NCBI GenBank assembly: GCA_964420115.1 | Contig: CAYQQO010000002.1 | Span: 726 to 64,725 of the forward strand | DNA length: 64,000 nt | DNA from: an uncultured Candidatus Saccharibacteria bacterium | GTDB lineage: Bacteria; Patescibacteriota; Minisyncoccia; Portnoybacterales; UBA2143 | Direction of reading: 5' to 3' | In this document: positions 37,717-47,401 of the stretch, piece after piece | How the letters are laid out: each line of letters begins with the position of its first letter | Numbering within the stretch: position 1 is the stretch's first letter | Made by a program: the position numbers and the translations under genes | Notes under the pieces: generated by a model | The model's input: only the letters and a program-made list of their open reading frames with translations | What the model was told of the DNA's origin: nothing | Databases searched by the model: none

Positions 37717-38166
37717 ATGACTAACGAAAAAAAGCTCGAAGAGGGCGAATCTAAGGAGGAGAAAAAAGAAGAAAAAAAGGAAGTGCCGGCTAAATTTAAA
37801 GATTTGGTTGAGCAGGTTGAAAAGCTTTCCGTGGCTGATTTAGCTGAATTGATCCAAGCCCTAAAAGACAGGTTTGGCGTCAGCGCTATGCCGGTTGCCG
37901 CGCCAGCGGCAGAGGGAGCGCAGGCCGGAGAAGAGAGTGGAGCAACTGAAGAAAAAACCTCTTTTGATGTGGAGTTGACCGGAACAGGCGATCAAAAAAT
38001 CGCTGTTATTAAAGTTGTTAAGGAAATTACTGGCCAAGGTCTTAAAGAAGCCAAAGATTTAGTTGACGGCGCTCCTAATGTGGTTAAATCAGGAGTTAAA
38101 AAAGAAGAGGCAGAGGAGATTAAAAAGAAACTGGAAGAAGCTGGAGCGGCAGTAGAGCTTAAGTAA
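37717..38166 (+). CDS. rplL: 50S ribosomal protein L7/L12
   Basis: [34 protein letters not shown]. Confidence 0.97.
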   Translation: MTNEKKLEEGESKEEKKEEKKEVPAKFKDLVEQVEKLSVADLAELIQALKDRFGVSAMPVAAPAAEGAQAGEESGATEEKTSFDVELTGTGDQKIAVIKVVKEITGQGLKEAKDLVDGAPNVVKSGVKKEEAEEIKKKLEEAGAAVELK

Positions 38167-38204
38167 AAGCTGGAGGGGGTGAAAATTAATGGAGGGGGAC
38201 AATT

Positions 38205-38780
38205 ATGGTCAAAGAAATATTAGAACAGCTCTTTGACTCGCCAGTCAAAGTTCGCTTACTCAAGCTTTTTTTACGTAATCCTGACCAGTCATTCAACTTA
38301 GGGGAAGCAAGTAAAAAAACAAATACAGACACTATCTCATGCCGTCGGCAGATAAGTAAATTAGAAAGCATTAAGTTGATTGATAGCAGGATTAAGGGGG
38401 GTAAGAAGCATTATAGAATTAATCCAGCATTTGACTTCTATAGCGAACTGCGGACACTTGTTCTTAAATCCAGTCCGGCTTCAAAACAAAAAATATTTAA
38501 ACGCCTTAAATCTTTAGGCAGAATTAAGCTGGCAATACTTTCTGGTATTTTTGTAAATGCTGATAACACACGGGTAGATTTTTTAATTGTTGGCGACGGC
38601 ATCAAAAAGAACCAACTGTCAAAATTCCTAAAAGATTTAGAAGCGGAAGCAGGCAAAGAAATCGATTATGTTGTTATGCCAACCAAGGATTTTGCTTACC
38701 GATACGACATGTTTGACAGATTTATAAGAGATGTTTTGGAAAAGCCGCACGAAAAACTTATTAATAAATTAAAGGTCTAA
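38205..38780 (+). CDS. Winged-HTH protein with degenerate nucleotidyltransferase-like C-terminal domain
   Basis: LFDSPVKVRLLKLF..CRRQISKLESIKLI; LSGIF..VDFLIVGD..EIDY. Confidence 0.7.
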   Translation: MVKEILEQLFDSPVKVRLLKLFLRNPDQSFNLGEASKKTNTDTISCRRQISKLESIKLIDSRIKGGKKHYRINPAFDFYSELRTLVLKSSPASKQKIFKRLKSLGRIKLAILSGIFVNADNTRVDFLIVGDGIKKNQLSKFLKDLEAEAGKEIDYVVMPTKDFAYRYDMFDRFIRDVLEKPHEKLINKLKV

Positions 38781-38781
38781 T

Positions 38782-38854
38782 GGGCGCATAGCTCAGGGGT
38801 TAGAGCACTATCTTCACACGATAGGGGTCTCTGGTTCGAATCCAGATGCGCCCA
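38782..38854 (+). tRNA. tRNA-Val(CAC)
   Basis: GGGCGCA/TGCGCCC stem, CTATC-TT-CAC-AC-GATAG, GGTTCGAATCC. Confidence 0.95.
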
Positions 38855-38867
38855 TTGATGTCTTTTT

Positions 38868-39308
38868 ATGATTGCATCTACTCACATGCTGGTTGGTGCG
38901 GCGATAGGCACCCAAACGCCGCATGCTTGGCTGGCTTTTATTTTCGGGATAATCAGTCATTATTTTTTTGATTTAATGCCTCATTGGGATTATCTCTCGG
39001 AAAAAAGGTCAATAGGAACCAATGATTATGTTAAAATGCTTGTTGATTTAAGTTTGGGGTCAACAATGGTTATAATGCTGGCTCGGTCTCATCCAGCTAG
39101 TTTTTTTGTTATGTTAATCGGCGCCTTTGGAGCGATACTGCCTGATTGTTTGGAGCTGGCTCGTCGTGTTTTTAAAATTAAATGGCTTTTGCCTTTTTGG
39201 TATTTCCATAGATATATTCATCATTTCAAGGATCTTTCTTTTAAAAGAGGGATTCCTGCAACAATCGTTTCTTCAGCAGCGGCTTTAATAGTTCTTCTAT
39301 TGTTATGA
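38868..39308 (+). CDS. Membrane-bound metal-dependent hydrolase-like protein
   Basis: THMLVGA, SHYFFDLMPHWD, LPD, FHRYIH. Confidence 0.7.
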   Translation: MIASTHMLVGAAIGTQTPHAWLAFIFGIISHYFFDLMPHWDYLSEKRSIGTNDYVKMLVDLSLGSTMVIMLARSHPASFFVMLIGAFGAILPDCLELARRVFKIKWLLPFWYFHRYIHHFKDLSFKRGIPATIVSSAAALIVLLLL

Positions 39309-40366
39309 AAATAAAGAAGTCTTTTTTGGTCCTTTTCTTTTCACTTCTTGGAATTCTAATTTTTATTTTTGTTATTAAGCAGGTTGGTTGGAGAAGCGTA
39401 TGGGGCGCTCTGTCGCTTTTATCATTTTGGGAATTAATAACCGTTTTAGTTGTCGGCTTAGCCGGCTTTTTGTTTTCTGTTTTACGCTGGAGAGAAATAC
39501 TGGAAAGTCAGTATAACAAAAAAGTTCCTTTCAGTTTGCTTTTTAGGGCTCACACAGTCGGGTTTTCTTTAGGTTATTTAACTCCTTCTGCTTATTTCGG
39601 CGGAGAGCCGCTTAAAGCAATAATATTAAAAGAAGAAACTGATATTGATTGGGAAAGAAATATTTTTTCTGTTATTGTGGATAGAGTTTTAGAATTGATT
39701 ATCAATGCTTTAGTGGTTCTTGTCGGTATTGTTTATCTTTTTGTTTTTTTTGATTTTTCTTTTTGGATAAGCTTAACCCTAATAGCCATACTTGTTTTTG
39801 TTATTTTTCTAATCGGCTTTTTTTTGTATCGCTCTATTGATTTCAAAGAAAAACCAAGTCATGGGTTCTTTACTGTTTTTATTAAATCTTTCTGGCCGAA
39901 AAAAGTCAAAAGAATTGGCGGGGTAGTTGAAAATATTGAAAAAATAGACAGCCGTATTATTTATTTCTTTTCTCATCAGGTAAAATATTTAACAATATCT
40001 ATCGTCTATGGCTTGATTAGTAGGGGGCTGTCTATTTTTTCATCCTGGCTTATTATTTTTTTTATAGGAGTCCATATTACCATACTTCAGCTTTTTGGCT
40101 TTATAGCTTTAACCGCTGTTGTTTATTTTCTTCCTATCCCGGGGGGTTTGGGCGCTCATGAGGCGTCACAGGCAGTAATTTTTAGCGCCTTTGGCTTGGG
40201 GGATTATATGGGCATTGCTTTCAGCTTGGTTTTAAGAGTTATATTTTTATTAGCTTCAGCCATCGGCTTGATTATCTTGCTTTATACTCAAATAAAAAGA
40301 TGGGGTAGAAAATTAGTTAATTTTTCAGAAAAATGGCCTAATAAACTAAATAACCGGCTAAATTAA
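39305..40366 (+). CDS. Lysylphosphatidylglycerol-synthase TM / flippase-like (UPF0104) protein
   Basis: LRW, YLTPSAYFGGEPLK, IVDR, PIPGGLGAHE. Confidence 0.88.
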   Translation: MKIKKSFLVLFFSLLGILIFIFVIKQVGWRSVWGALSLLSFWELITVLVVGLAGFLFSVLRWREILESQYNKKVPFSLLFRAHTVGFSLGYLTPSAYFGGEPLKAIILKEETDIDWERNIFSVIVDRVLELIINALVVLVGIVYLFVFFDFSFWISLTLIAILVFVIFLIGFFLYRSIDFKEKPSHGFFTVFIKSFWPKKVKRIGGVVENIEKIDSRIIYFFSHQVKYLTISIVYGLISRGLSIFSSWLIIFFIGVHITILQLFGFIALTAVVYFLPIPGGLGAHEASQAVIFSAFGLGDYMGIAFSLVLRVIFLLASAIGLIILLYTQIKRWGRKLVNFSEKWPNKLNNRLN

Positions 40367-40476
40367 CTTATGTGGGGATAATTTGTGGAAAGCTGATTAT
40401 TGTTCTTTCTGATAAATGGCTTAAACAAGCCATTTTTTAATTTGTAGATTATTTTAATCAGGTAATTTTAGAGTGT

Positions 40477-40505
40477 TTGACAGGGGGTCTTTGGTGGAAT
40501 ATAAT
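40477..40505 (+). promoter_or_regulatory. Consensus sigma70 promoter of the dcw cluster
   Basis: TTGACA-17 nt-TATAAT, perfect consensus. Confidence 0.85.
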
Positions 40506-40514
40506 AGAGGCGAA

Positions 40515-40538
40515 GTAGATAAATGTGGATAAATGTGG
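40515..40538 (+). promoter_or_regulatory. MraZ-binding repeats
   Basis: GTAG/GTGG/GTGG at exact 10-nt spacing between promoter and mraZ start. Confidence 0.75.
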
Positions 40539-40571
40539 GGATAAATATTCAAATCTGTGGAAAACTAAATT

Positions 40572-41003
40572 ATGTTTATCGGTGAATATTTTCATACTAT
40601 AGACGCTAAAAAAAGATTAGCTATTCCGGTTAAGTTTCGTAAGGACTTGGGCAAGAAAGCTGTTTTAACCAGAGGGCTGGATAACTGCCTCTATCTTTAC
40701 CCGATGGATGAATGGGAGAAGCTGGCTCAAAAATTAGCCCGATTGCCAATAAGCCGTTCTGATAGCCGTGCTTTTTCTAGATTAATGTTGGCTGGCGCCA
40801 TGGATGTTTCTTTGGATAGTTTAGGAAGAGTTTTGGTGCCTGATTATTTAAAAGAATATGCCGCTTTGAATAAAAAGATAGTTGTTGCCGGGTTGTATAA
40901 CCGGATAGAAATTTGGGATGAAAACAAATGGCAGGTATATAAAAAGCAAACAAGCAGCAAGGTGGAAGATATTGCCGAGAAGATGAATGAATTGGGAATT
41001 TAA
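40572..41003 (+). CDS. mraZ: Transcriptional regulator MraZ
   Basis: MFIGEY, IDAKKRLAIP, LDSLGRVLVP, RIEIW. Confidence 0.97.
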   Translation: MFIGEYFHTIDAKKRLAIPVKFRKDLGKKAVLTRGLDNCLYLYPMDEWEKLAQKLARLPISRSDSRAFSRLMLAGAMDVSLDSLGRVLVPDYLKEYAALNKKIVVAGLYNRIEIWDENKWQVYKKQTSSKVEDIAEKMNELGI

Positions 41004-41004
41004 A

Positions 41005-41892
41005 ATGGTCCACCAGCCAGTTCTTATAAAAGAAGTTTTAAAATATTTAGAGCCAAAAACAGGAGAAAAATATATTGATTGCACAGCTGGACTTGGCGGG
41101 CACACTATAGCCATCGCTCAAAAAATTGTTCCTGACGGGAAAATACTGGGCATTGAAAAAGACAGCCAAGCTTTTGAAAAATTAAAATCTCAAGTTTCTG
41201 CCTCTGGTTTTGGGGAAAATATTGTTTTGGCAGAGGGGAGCTTTACTAATTTAAAAGAATTAGCCGAGAAAAATAATTTTAACGAGGTTAGCGGAATCCT
41301 TTTTGATTTAGGCATTTCTTCATGGCAGATAGAAAAAAGCGGACGCGGCTTTTCTTTTTTAAGGGACGAACCGCTTGATATGCGTTTTTCTGGGGAAGGA
41401 ATAAAAGCTGAAGATATTGTCAATAAATGGCCTCAAGAAGAATTGGCTAGAATCTTTAAAGGATATGGAGAGGAAAGATATGCCGTTAAAGTTGCCAGAG
41501 CGATATGTCGAGAAAGAAAGCAAGCGGGCATTAAGAAAACAAACCAGTTGGTTGAGATTATTAGAAAAGCGGTGCCGGGAGAATATCGCCATCGGCGGAT
41601 ACATTTTGCGACAAAAACATTTCAGGCCTTGCGCATGGCTGTAAACAACGAATTAGCCATTATCAAAAAAGCTCTGCCTCAAACTTTAAAAATATTAAAG
41701 CCGAAAGGCAAAGTAGTAATAATTTCCTTTCATTCATTGGAAGACAGGATAGCTAAAAATTTTATCCGCCAGAATAAAAATGAAGGGCAATTAGAAATAA
41801 TAACCAAAAAACCGATTAGGCCGGCTGAAGAGGAGATTTTCTTAAATTTCCGCAGTCGCAGCGCCAAACTGAGAGTCGGTAAAAAGATATGA
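41005..41892 (+). CDS. rsmH: 16S rRNA m4C1402 methyltransferase
   Basis: HQPVL, DCTAGLGGH, DLGISS, PLDMR, SFHSLEDR, RSRSAKLR. Confidence 0.97.
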   Translation: MVHQPVLIKEVLKYLEPKTGEKYIDCTAGLGGHTIAIAQKIVPDGKILGIEKDSQAFEKLKSQVSASGFGENIVLAEGSFTNLKELAEKNNFNEVSGILFDLGISSWQIEKSGRGFSFLRDEPLDMRFSGEGIKAEDIVNKWPQEELARIFKGYGEERYAVKVARAICRERKQAGIKKTNQLVEIIRKAVPGEYRHRRIHFATKTFQALRMAVNNELAIIKKALPQTLKILKPKGKVVIISFHSLEDRIAKNFIRQNKNEGQLEIITKKPIRPAEEEIFLNFRSRSAKLRVGKKI

Positions 41893-42218
41893 CCAGTTAT
41901 ATAAAATCAAAGAAACCAGACAGAATGAGCCATAGCCGCGGCTTGGCCATTTTAAGCATTTTGATTGTTTTTTCTGTTGTTTTGGTCTTTTTTCTCTATT
42001 TAATTCAGGCAAATTCATTGGTTGGAGCCCGTTATAAAATTAGTGAAAAGCAAGAGCGCTTAGATGAATTAAAGGGAATAAACAGGCAAATGGAAATGAA
42101 TATAGCCAAGTGGCGTTCGCCGGGCAATTTAGAAGGGTTAGTAGAACCGTTGGGGATGGTAGAAGTTGATAAAATAACTTATCTGGAAGAAGATAAAGCT
42201 ATGGTAGCAAAGAAATAA
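41889..42218 (+). CDS. ftsL: FtsL-like cell division protein
   Basis: Single TM plus coiled coil, LGMV end motif, located between rsmH and ftsI. Confidence 0.65.
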   Translation: MTSYIKSKKPDRMSHSRGLAILSILIVFSVVLVFFLYLIQANSLVGARYKISEKQERLDELKGINRQMEMNIAKWRSPGNLEGLVEPLGMVEVDKITYLEEDKAMVAKK

Positions 42219-42224
42219 CCCCCT

Positions 42225-43946
42225 ATGACTGGTTGGCGTATTCAAGCAGTAATAATAGTTATCTTTTTAATAGGAAGCGGGATTTTAGCCCGCTTATTTT
42301 CTATCCAAATTTTACAATATGACTATTATTATGCTTTTGCCCAGGACCAGCATCAGCTTTATGAAAAACTTTTTCCAAAAAGAGGGGAAATATATATCCA
42401 TGATTTATCAGCTAATACCAGAACAGAAGAAAACCCTTATTCTCCCTTAGCGGTTAACAGGGAATTTTATCAGGTCTATCTTGTGCCGCGCGATATTAAG
42501 CAAGAGGATAAAAGTGGATTAGCTGATAGGCTGTCTTCTCTTTTAGAGGTAAAAAAAGAAATAATTTTAGAAAGGATGGATAAGTCCGATGATCCGTATG
42601 AGCCGCTTAAACATAAAATTAGCGACGAGACAGCTAACGAGATAAGAAAAATAGACATAAAGGGAGTAGGTCTGGCTCCGGAAACATGGCGATATTATCC
42701 CCATGAAGAATTGGGCTGTCATTTGACGGGCTTTGTCGGCATAACGGAAAATGGCAAAATGGGCCAGTATGGCCTGGAGGGCTATTATGAGGAGACATTA
42801 AAAGGGGAATCTGGCTTTTTATCGGGGCAGAAAGATACAAGCGGCAATTGGATACCTTCGCTTATTCAAAAAATAGATTCGGCTGAAGACGGCTCTGATC
42901 TTGTTTTAACCATTGACCAAAATATCCAATTCAGAGCAGAAAAAGAACTAAAAAGTTTAGTGGAAAAGTGGCAGCCGGAAAACGGAACAATAATTATAAT
43001 GGAGCCGAAAACCGGAGCTGTCAGGGCAATGGCTAATTATCCTTGTTTTAACCCCAATGAATACAACAAGGTAGAAGATATTGATGTTTTTCTAAATCCA
43101 GCCATTCATAAAGTTTATGAGCCCGGCTCTGTTTTCAAGCCAATCACCATAGCCGCCGGACTGGACAGCAATAAAATTTCTTCCCAGACAACGTATAATG
43201 ACAGCGGTCAGACAGTGATAAGGGAGACAATAATAAGGAATTCTGATAATAATACTTACGGTGAGCAGACAATGACTGAAGTGTTGGAAAAATCTATTAA
43301 TACCGGAGCTGTTTTTGTCCAGCAAACAATTGGTCAGAAAATTTTTTCCGACTATATTGAAAAATTTTATTTTCATATCCCGACCGGTATAGATTTAGCC
43401 AGCGAAACAGTCGGTGATATTTCCAATCTTTATACTGGCAGAGAAATAAATTTAGCGACTATTTCTTTTGGTCAAGGAGTGACGGTGACTCCTATGGGGA
43501 TGCTTTCGGCCTTGTCAGCCATTGCCAACCAAGGTAGAATGATGCGGCCGTATATAGTTGATAAAATAGTTAAACCAGAGGGAGAAGAAATAAAAACAGA
43601 GCCGCAATTAATAAATCAAGTAATATCAAAAGAATCTTCTGAAGAATTATCTCAAATGTTGGTTAGTGTCACTGAAAATGGTTTTGGCAAACCGGTCCGT
43701 ATAAGTGGTTATTCAATAGCCAGTAAAACAGGGACAGCCCAAATACCTGATTTTGAAAAAGGGGGGTATACAGACCAAACAGCCCAGACCCTTATTGGCT
43801 TTGCTCCGGCCTTTGATCCAAAGTTCGCTATTTTAATTAAATTAGAAAAACCGCAAGGGGTTCGCTTTGCCAGTGTTTCAATTAGCCCTGCCTTCAAAAG
43901 TTTAACAGAGTATTTATTAAACTATTTTGAAATTCCGCCTCAGTGA
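42225..43946 (+). CDS. ftsI: Class B penicillin-binding protein (FtsI-like)
   Basis: RGEI, RYYP, GLEG, EPGSVFK (SxxK), SIN, KTGTAQ. Confidence 0.92.
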   Translation: MTGWRIQAVIIVIFLIGSGILARLFSIQILQYDYYYAFAQDQHQLYEKLFPKRGEIYIHDLSANTRTEENPYSPLAVNREFYQVYLVPRDIKQEDKSGLADRLSSLLEVKKEIILERMDKSDDPYEPLKHKISDETANEIRKIDIKGVGLAPETWRYYPHEELGCHLTGFVGITENGKMGQYGLEGYYEETLKGESGFLSGQKDTSGNWIPSLIQKIDSAEDGSDLVLTIDQNIQFRAEKELKSLVEKWQPENGTIIIMEPKTGAVRAMANYPCFNPNEYNKVEDIDVFLNPAIHKVYEPGSVFKPITIAAGLDSNKISSQTTYNDSGQTVIRETIIRNSDNNTYGEQTMTEVLEKSINTGAVFVQQTIGQKIFSDYIEKFYFHIPTGIDLASETVGDISNLYTGREINLATISFGQGVTVTPMGMLSALSAIANQGRMMRPYIVDKIVKPEGEEIKTEPQLINQVISKESSEELSQMLVSVTENGFGKPVRISGYSIASKTGTAQIPDFEKGGYTDQTAQTLIGFAPAFDPKFAILIKLEKPQGVRFASVSISPAFKSLTEYLLNYFEIPPQ

Positions 43947-43947
43947 T

Positions 43948-45240
43948 ATGAAGATGAGAAAAATACTGCAATACATTTTAAAAATATTAGCCAAACTGGT
44001 TTTATTAAGGCATAAGCCGGTTGTTGTCGCTGTGACAGGCAGTGTTGGCAAAACAACCACCAAGGAAGCTATTTATTACGTCTTAAGAAAACAATTTCTG
44101 GTTCGCAGAAATTTAAAGAATTATAATAATGAAATAGGCGTTCCTTTGACAATTTTAGGGTCATATTCATCACCTGAAACTCTTTTTAGTCATATTTTCA
44201 GCTGGCTTAAAATATTTTTTAAAGCAATACTAACTATTATTAAAGATAAAAAATACCCTGAAATTCTAATTTTAGAGATGGGCGTTTCCAAGCCGGGGGA
44301 TATGGAATACTTACTAAGTTTTGTTCCGGTAAAAGTCGGTATTTTTACAGCTATTGGTCAATTCCCGAGTCATATAGAGTTTTTTCCGGAGAAAGGCAGG
44401 TTAGTTCAGGAAAAAGCCCTTTTAATTAAATTAATTCCTAAAAACGGCTTGGCTGTTTTAAACTACGACGACTTATCAGTCAGGAGCGCAGGCGAAGAGC
44501 TGCCTGAAAAGATTAAAAAGATTTTTTATGGCTTCGGTTCGGGCGCTGATTTGCGGATAATGAATTATGAAATGAAAACAGATGATTTTATGGGCGGTGA
44601 TTTTGGTATTAATTTTAAATTAGACCGCAAAGGCAGCGTCGTACCTGTTTTTTTAAATAAAATTCTGGGCGAGCAATATGCTTTTGCTTCTGCGGCGGCT
44701 GCCTCTGTTGGGCTTTTTTTCGGCCTTAATTTAGTGGAAATATCAACCGCCTTGAGAAAATACCGCGTTTTACCGGGCCGAACAAAAATTATTAAAGGCA
44801 TTAAAGAGACGCGTATTATCGACGATAGCTATAATGCCGCTCCTTCTTCTACTATTGCCGCTATGGGAATTTTAAAAAAACTGCCCCTAAAAGATCCTTC
44901 TAGCAGAAAAATAGCTGCTTTGGGTGATATGCTGGAATTAGGGGAAGACACAGAAGCGGCTCATTGCTTAGTTGGCCAGAAAGCCGCAAAATCTGTTAAT
45001 TTACTTTTTACAGTTGGCGAGAGAGCGCGCTTTATCGCTAACGAAGCAGAAAAGAACGGCTTGCCAAAAAAGAATATTTATAGTTTTTCCACCTCCAAAG
45101 AAGCGGCTTTATCTTTACAGAAAAAGTTAAATAAAGGGGACATTATTTTAGTTAAAGGGTCAAGGGGGATGAAAATGGAAGAGATAACAAGAGAAATTAT
45201 GAGCCGGCCGGAAAAAGCAAAAAAGCTGCTTGTTTCTTAA
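43948..45240 (+). CDS. murF: UDP-MurNAc-tripeptide--D-Ala-D-Ala ligase
   Basis: VTGSVGKTTTK, NNEIGVP, IDDSYNA, LGDMLELG, LVKGSR. Confidence 0.93.
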   Translation: MKMRKILQYILKILAKLVLLRHKPVVVAVTGSVGKTTTKEAIYYVLRKQFLVRRNLKNYNNEIGVPLTILGSYSSPETLFSHIFSWLKIFFKAILTIIKDKKYPEILILEMGVSKPGDMEYLLSFVPVKVGIFTAIGQFPSHIEFFPEKGRLVQEKALLIKLIPKNGLAVLNYDDLSVRSAGEELPEKIKKIFYGFGSGADLRIMNYEMKTDDFMGGDFGINFKLDRKGSVVPVFLNKILGEQYAFASAAAASVGLFFGLNLVEISTALRKYRVLPGRTKIIKGIKETRIIDDSYNAAPSSTIAAMGILKKLPLKDPSSRKIAALGDMLELGEDTEAAHCLVGQKAAKSVNLLFTVGERARFIANEAEKNGLPKKNIYSFSTSKEAALSLQKKLNKGDIILVKGSRGMKMEEITREIMSRPEKAKKLLVS

Positions 45241-45281
45241 AATAGACAAATCTGGCCGATTATGGTAAGCTTATTTTAAAC

Positions 45282-45354
45282 GGCCCCATCGTCTAGTGGC
45301 CCAGGACATCGCTTTCTCAAGGCGAAAACCGGGGTTCGATTCCCCGTGGGGCTG
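45282..45354 (+). tRNA. tRNA-Glu(CTC)
   Basis: GGCCCCA/TGGGGCT stem, TCGCT-TT-CTC-AA-GGCGA, GGTTCGATTCC. Confidence 0.95.
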
Positions 45355-45493
45355 CATAATTATCAGTCTAAATCACTGTCTGCCTTCAAGTAAGCATGAT
45401 TCAGCAACGCGATTATGCCCGCCAAAGGCGGATACTCAAATCTCTGGCTAAATCAAAGATTTAGAAAGATTTGGTGAAAGGGGGTGAGAATCG

Positions 45494-45751
45494 ATGGAAG
45501 AAAAACTAATAGGCAAAATTACTCATTACTTCACTAACATTGGAGTGGCTGTGCTTGAAATTACCCAGGGGGATTTAAAAGTGGGGGATAAAATTCATAT
45601 AAAAGGAGCAACCAGCGACTTTGAACAAAAAATCAATTCAATGCAGATTGAACATGAAAAAATTGATAAGGCAAAAAAGGGGCAGGCGATAGGGCTGAAA
45701 GTGGAACAGCAAGCCAGAGAAGGCGATGAAGTTTATAGGGTTGCTGAATAA
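45494..45751 (+). CDS. Small translation-factor-like beta-barrel protein
   Basis: IGKITHYF..IGVA..LKVGDKIHIKG..SMQI..IGLKV..REGDEVY; AAGGGGGTGA SD. Confidence 0.8.
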   Translation: MEEKLIGKITHYFTNIGVAVLEITQGDLKVGDKIHIKGATSDFEQKINSMQIEHEKIDKAKKGQAIGLKVEQQAREGDEVYRVAE

Positions 45752-45850
45752 ATCCTTCTTTGTTAATATATAAAGGTTGATATATAAAATTTAAAAATTA
45801 GGTCATTATCTCGGGCTTGTTTGTTCGGGGGAAATATTTTTTATAGCATT

Positions 45851-46636
45851 ATGACAAAAACAATTGTTTTGTCGCTGATTATTGGTTTGCTGATCGGGCT
45901 TTTACCGGCTGTTGCTTTAATGCAGAGTCAAGAGCAGGCAAAGCAAAAGTGGCAAAACGCTCTTCAATCGCGGCAGACAGCCGCTAATAAATATCAGCAG
46001 GACAGAGGGAATTATCTTAGCAACAGATCGCCGGCCAACGAGCAAAAATACATTAATTCTGCCAAAAAAATGTTTTTAGCCGCTTTAGACGAAGCCGAAG
46101 CGTGGTTGGAGTGGAGAAAAACCGCTGACCAAGCCAACTCGGAAATTCCTGATAATATAAAGGAAAGCATTAAGAATGCCGTTGACGCTAATCTGGCTAA
46201 AATTGATCCGCTTAGAGTTGAAGTAAGAGAAGTAACTTCTCAACTGGAGGGACAAGCTGTCTTTTTAAGAATGCTTTCCAGATGGACAGAATTATTGGCT
46301 GATGTAGCCAGAAATACCGGCTATCTTTGGGTTTACCAAGTGGAACAAAGAATAGAAACAACCGAGAGATATGAGTCTCAACTAAGAGAAAAGGTTAAAT
46401 ATTCTCCAAACAAGAGCGATTTGATAAATAAGCTTAATTTGGCAAAAAACGAGATAGCCAGCGCCAAAAACAATGTTAGTTTGGCCAACACCGCTTACAA
46501 TTTAGTCGTAATGGGAGGCATCCCCTTAATACCGATTACAAAATTTGTTGAAGGAAACGATTATTTGCGTCAGGCAAAACTTAATCTGCTTAACGCTCAC
46601 AGCCAGCTAGAATTTGTCTATAATGCAACCTTATAA
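45851..46636 (+). CDS. Secreted alpha-helical hypothetical protein
   Basis: Signal peptide from ATG 45851, long helical/coiled-coil character. Confidence 0.75.
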   Translation: MTKTIVLSLIIGLLIGLLPAVALMQSQEQAKQKWQNALQSRQTAANKYQQDRGNYLSNRSPANEQKYINSAKKMFLAALDEAEAWLEWRKTADQANSEIPDNIKESIKNAVDANLAKIDPLRVEVREVTSQLEGQAVFLRMLSRWTELLADVARNTGYLWVYQVEQRIETTERYESQLREKVKYSPNKSDLINKLNLAKNEIASAKNNVSLANTAYNLVVMGGIPLIPITKFVEGNDYLRQAKLNLLNAHSQLEFVYNATL

Positions 46637-46670
46637 AATTTCACCAGGCCCGTCCTCGCAATAATAAAAT

Positions 46671-46883
46671 ATGAAAAAAATATTAATAATTATTGGCTTA
46701 ATAATATTGGCGGTAGTTATCGCCGCCTTAGTAAAAAAATACGAACCAACCGAGAGTTTTTTGGACTCCGACAGTTCTAATAGAAAAAAAGAAGAAACAG
46801 AGGAAGTCAGCCAAGAGGGACTCAACCAATTAAAAGCTAATATAGAGGAGTTGGAATTTGAAGATGTTCCTCCCTTAGAATAA
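46671..46883 (+). CDS. Small membrane-anchored acidic protein
   Basis: MKK + TM helix, acidic tail. Confidence 0.65.
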   Translation: MKKILIIIGLIILAVVIAALVKKYEPTESFLDSDSSNRKKEETEEVSQEGLNQLKANIEELEFEDVPPLE

Positions 46884-46895
46884 GCTTATCCGAAA

Positions 46896-47248
46896 GACAA
46901 ATTTTTACAAAGAGCTATTTTTTTAAAAAAAATATACGGACAAAAAAAAACCGAAACAACAAACGAAGAAAGCCGTTCCTTAGAAATGCCCTTAATGGGC
47001 AAAAAAGATGTTTTTTTTTTAAGAAGGAAGAGAATCTTGTCAATCTTTTGGAAGGGATGGGCATGAATGAATATGTCCGAGTGGAAAAATCATTGGATAA
47101 ACCAGTTCTTTTAAAGCGACTGGAAGAAGATGAAAAATTAATGGACAAAACAGAGGCGACAATAGAACAACATGAATTTTTCTATGTCCAGCCGGCCAAG
47201 GCAAAGTTTGTCAAAAAGGAGGTTGAAGAACTGAAAAAAGTTCTTTAA
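46896..47248 (+). pseudogene. Mu Gam-like host-nuclease inhibitor, C-terminal remnant
   Basis: ..SRSLEMP.. then, across a T10 run at 47011-47020, LVNLLEGMGMNEYVRVEKSLDKPVLLK..IEQHEFFYVQP matching the Gam C-terminal pattern. Confidence 0.6.
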
Positions 47249-47265
47249 AAAAACAATTGGCAGCT

Positions 47266-47352
47266 GCCCCGCCTTATCAATATTTTTTTTGACTGTCTCT
47301 CGGGGCCGAGATACATCAGAAATTTGTTTGTGTAAGGCGGGGTTTTTCTTTT
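47266..47352 (+). terminator. Long hairpin with U-tail
   Basis: GCCCCGCCTTA...TAAGGCGGGGT outer stem, inner TCTCGG/CCGAGA stem, then TTTTCTTTT. Confidence 0.65.
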
Positions 47353-47401
47353 GTTGGTAAATGTTGTAAAATAGAATTAGAATAACTAATTCTGTTTTTT
47401 T

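Noticed and set aside
40371-40565. DnaA-box-like TGTGGATAA and near matches as a replication origin
   Set aside because: Only one perfect box, no dnaA/dnaN nearby, and the 10-nt-periodic GTGG is explained by MraZ binding; GC skew could not be judged reliably by eye
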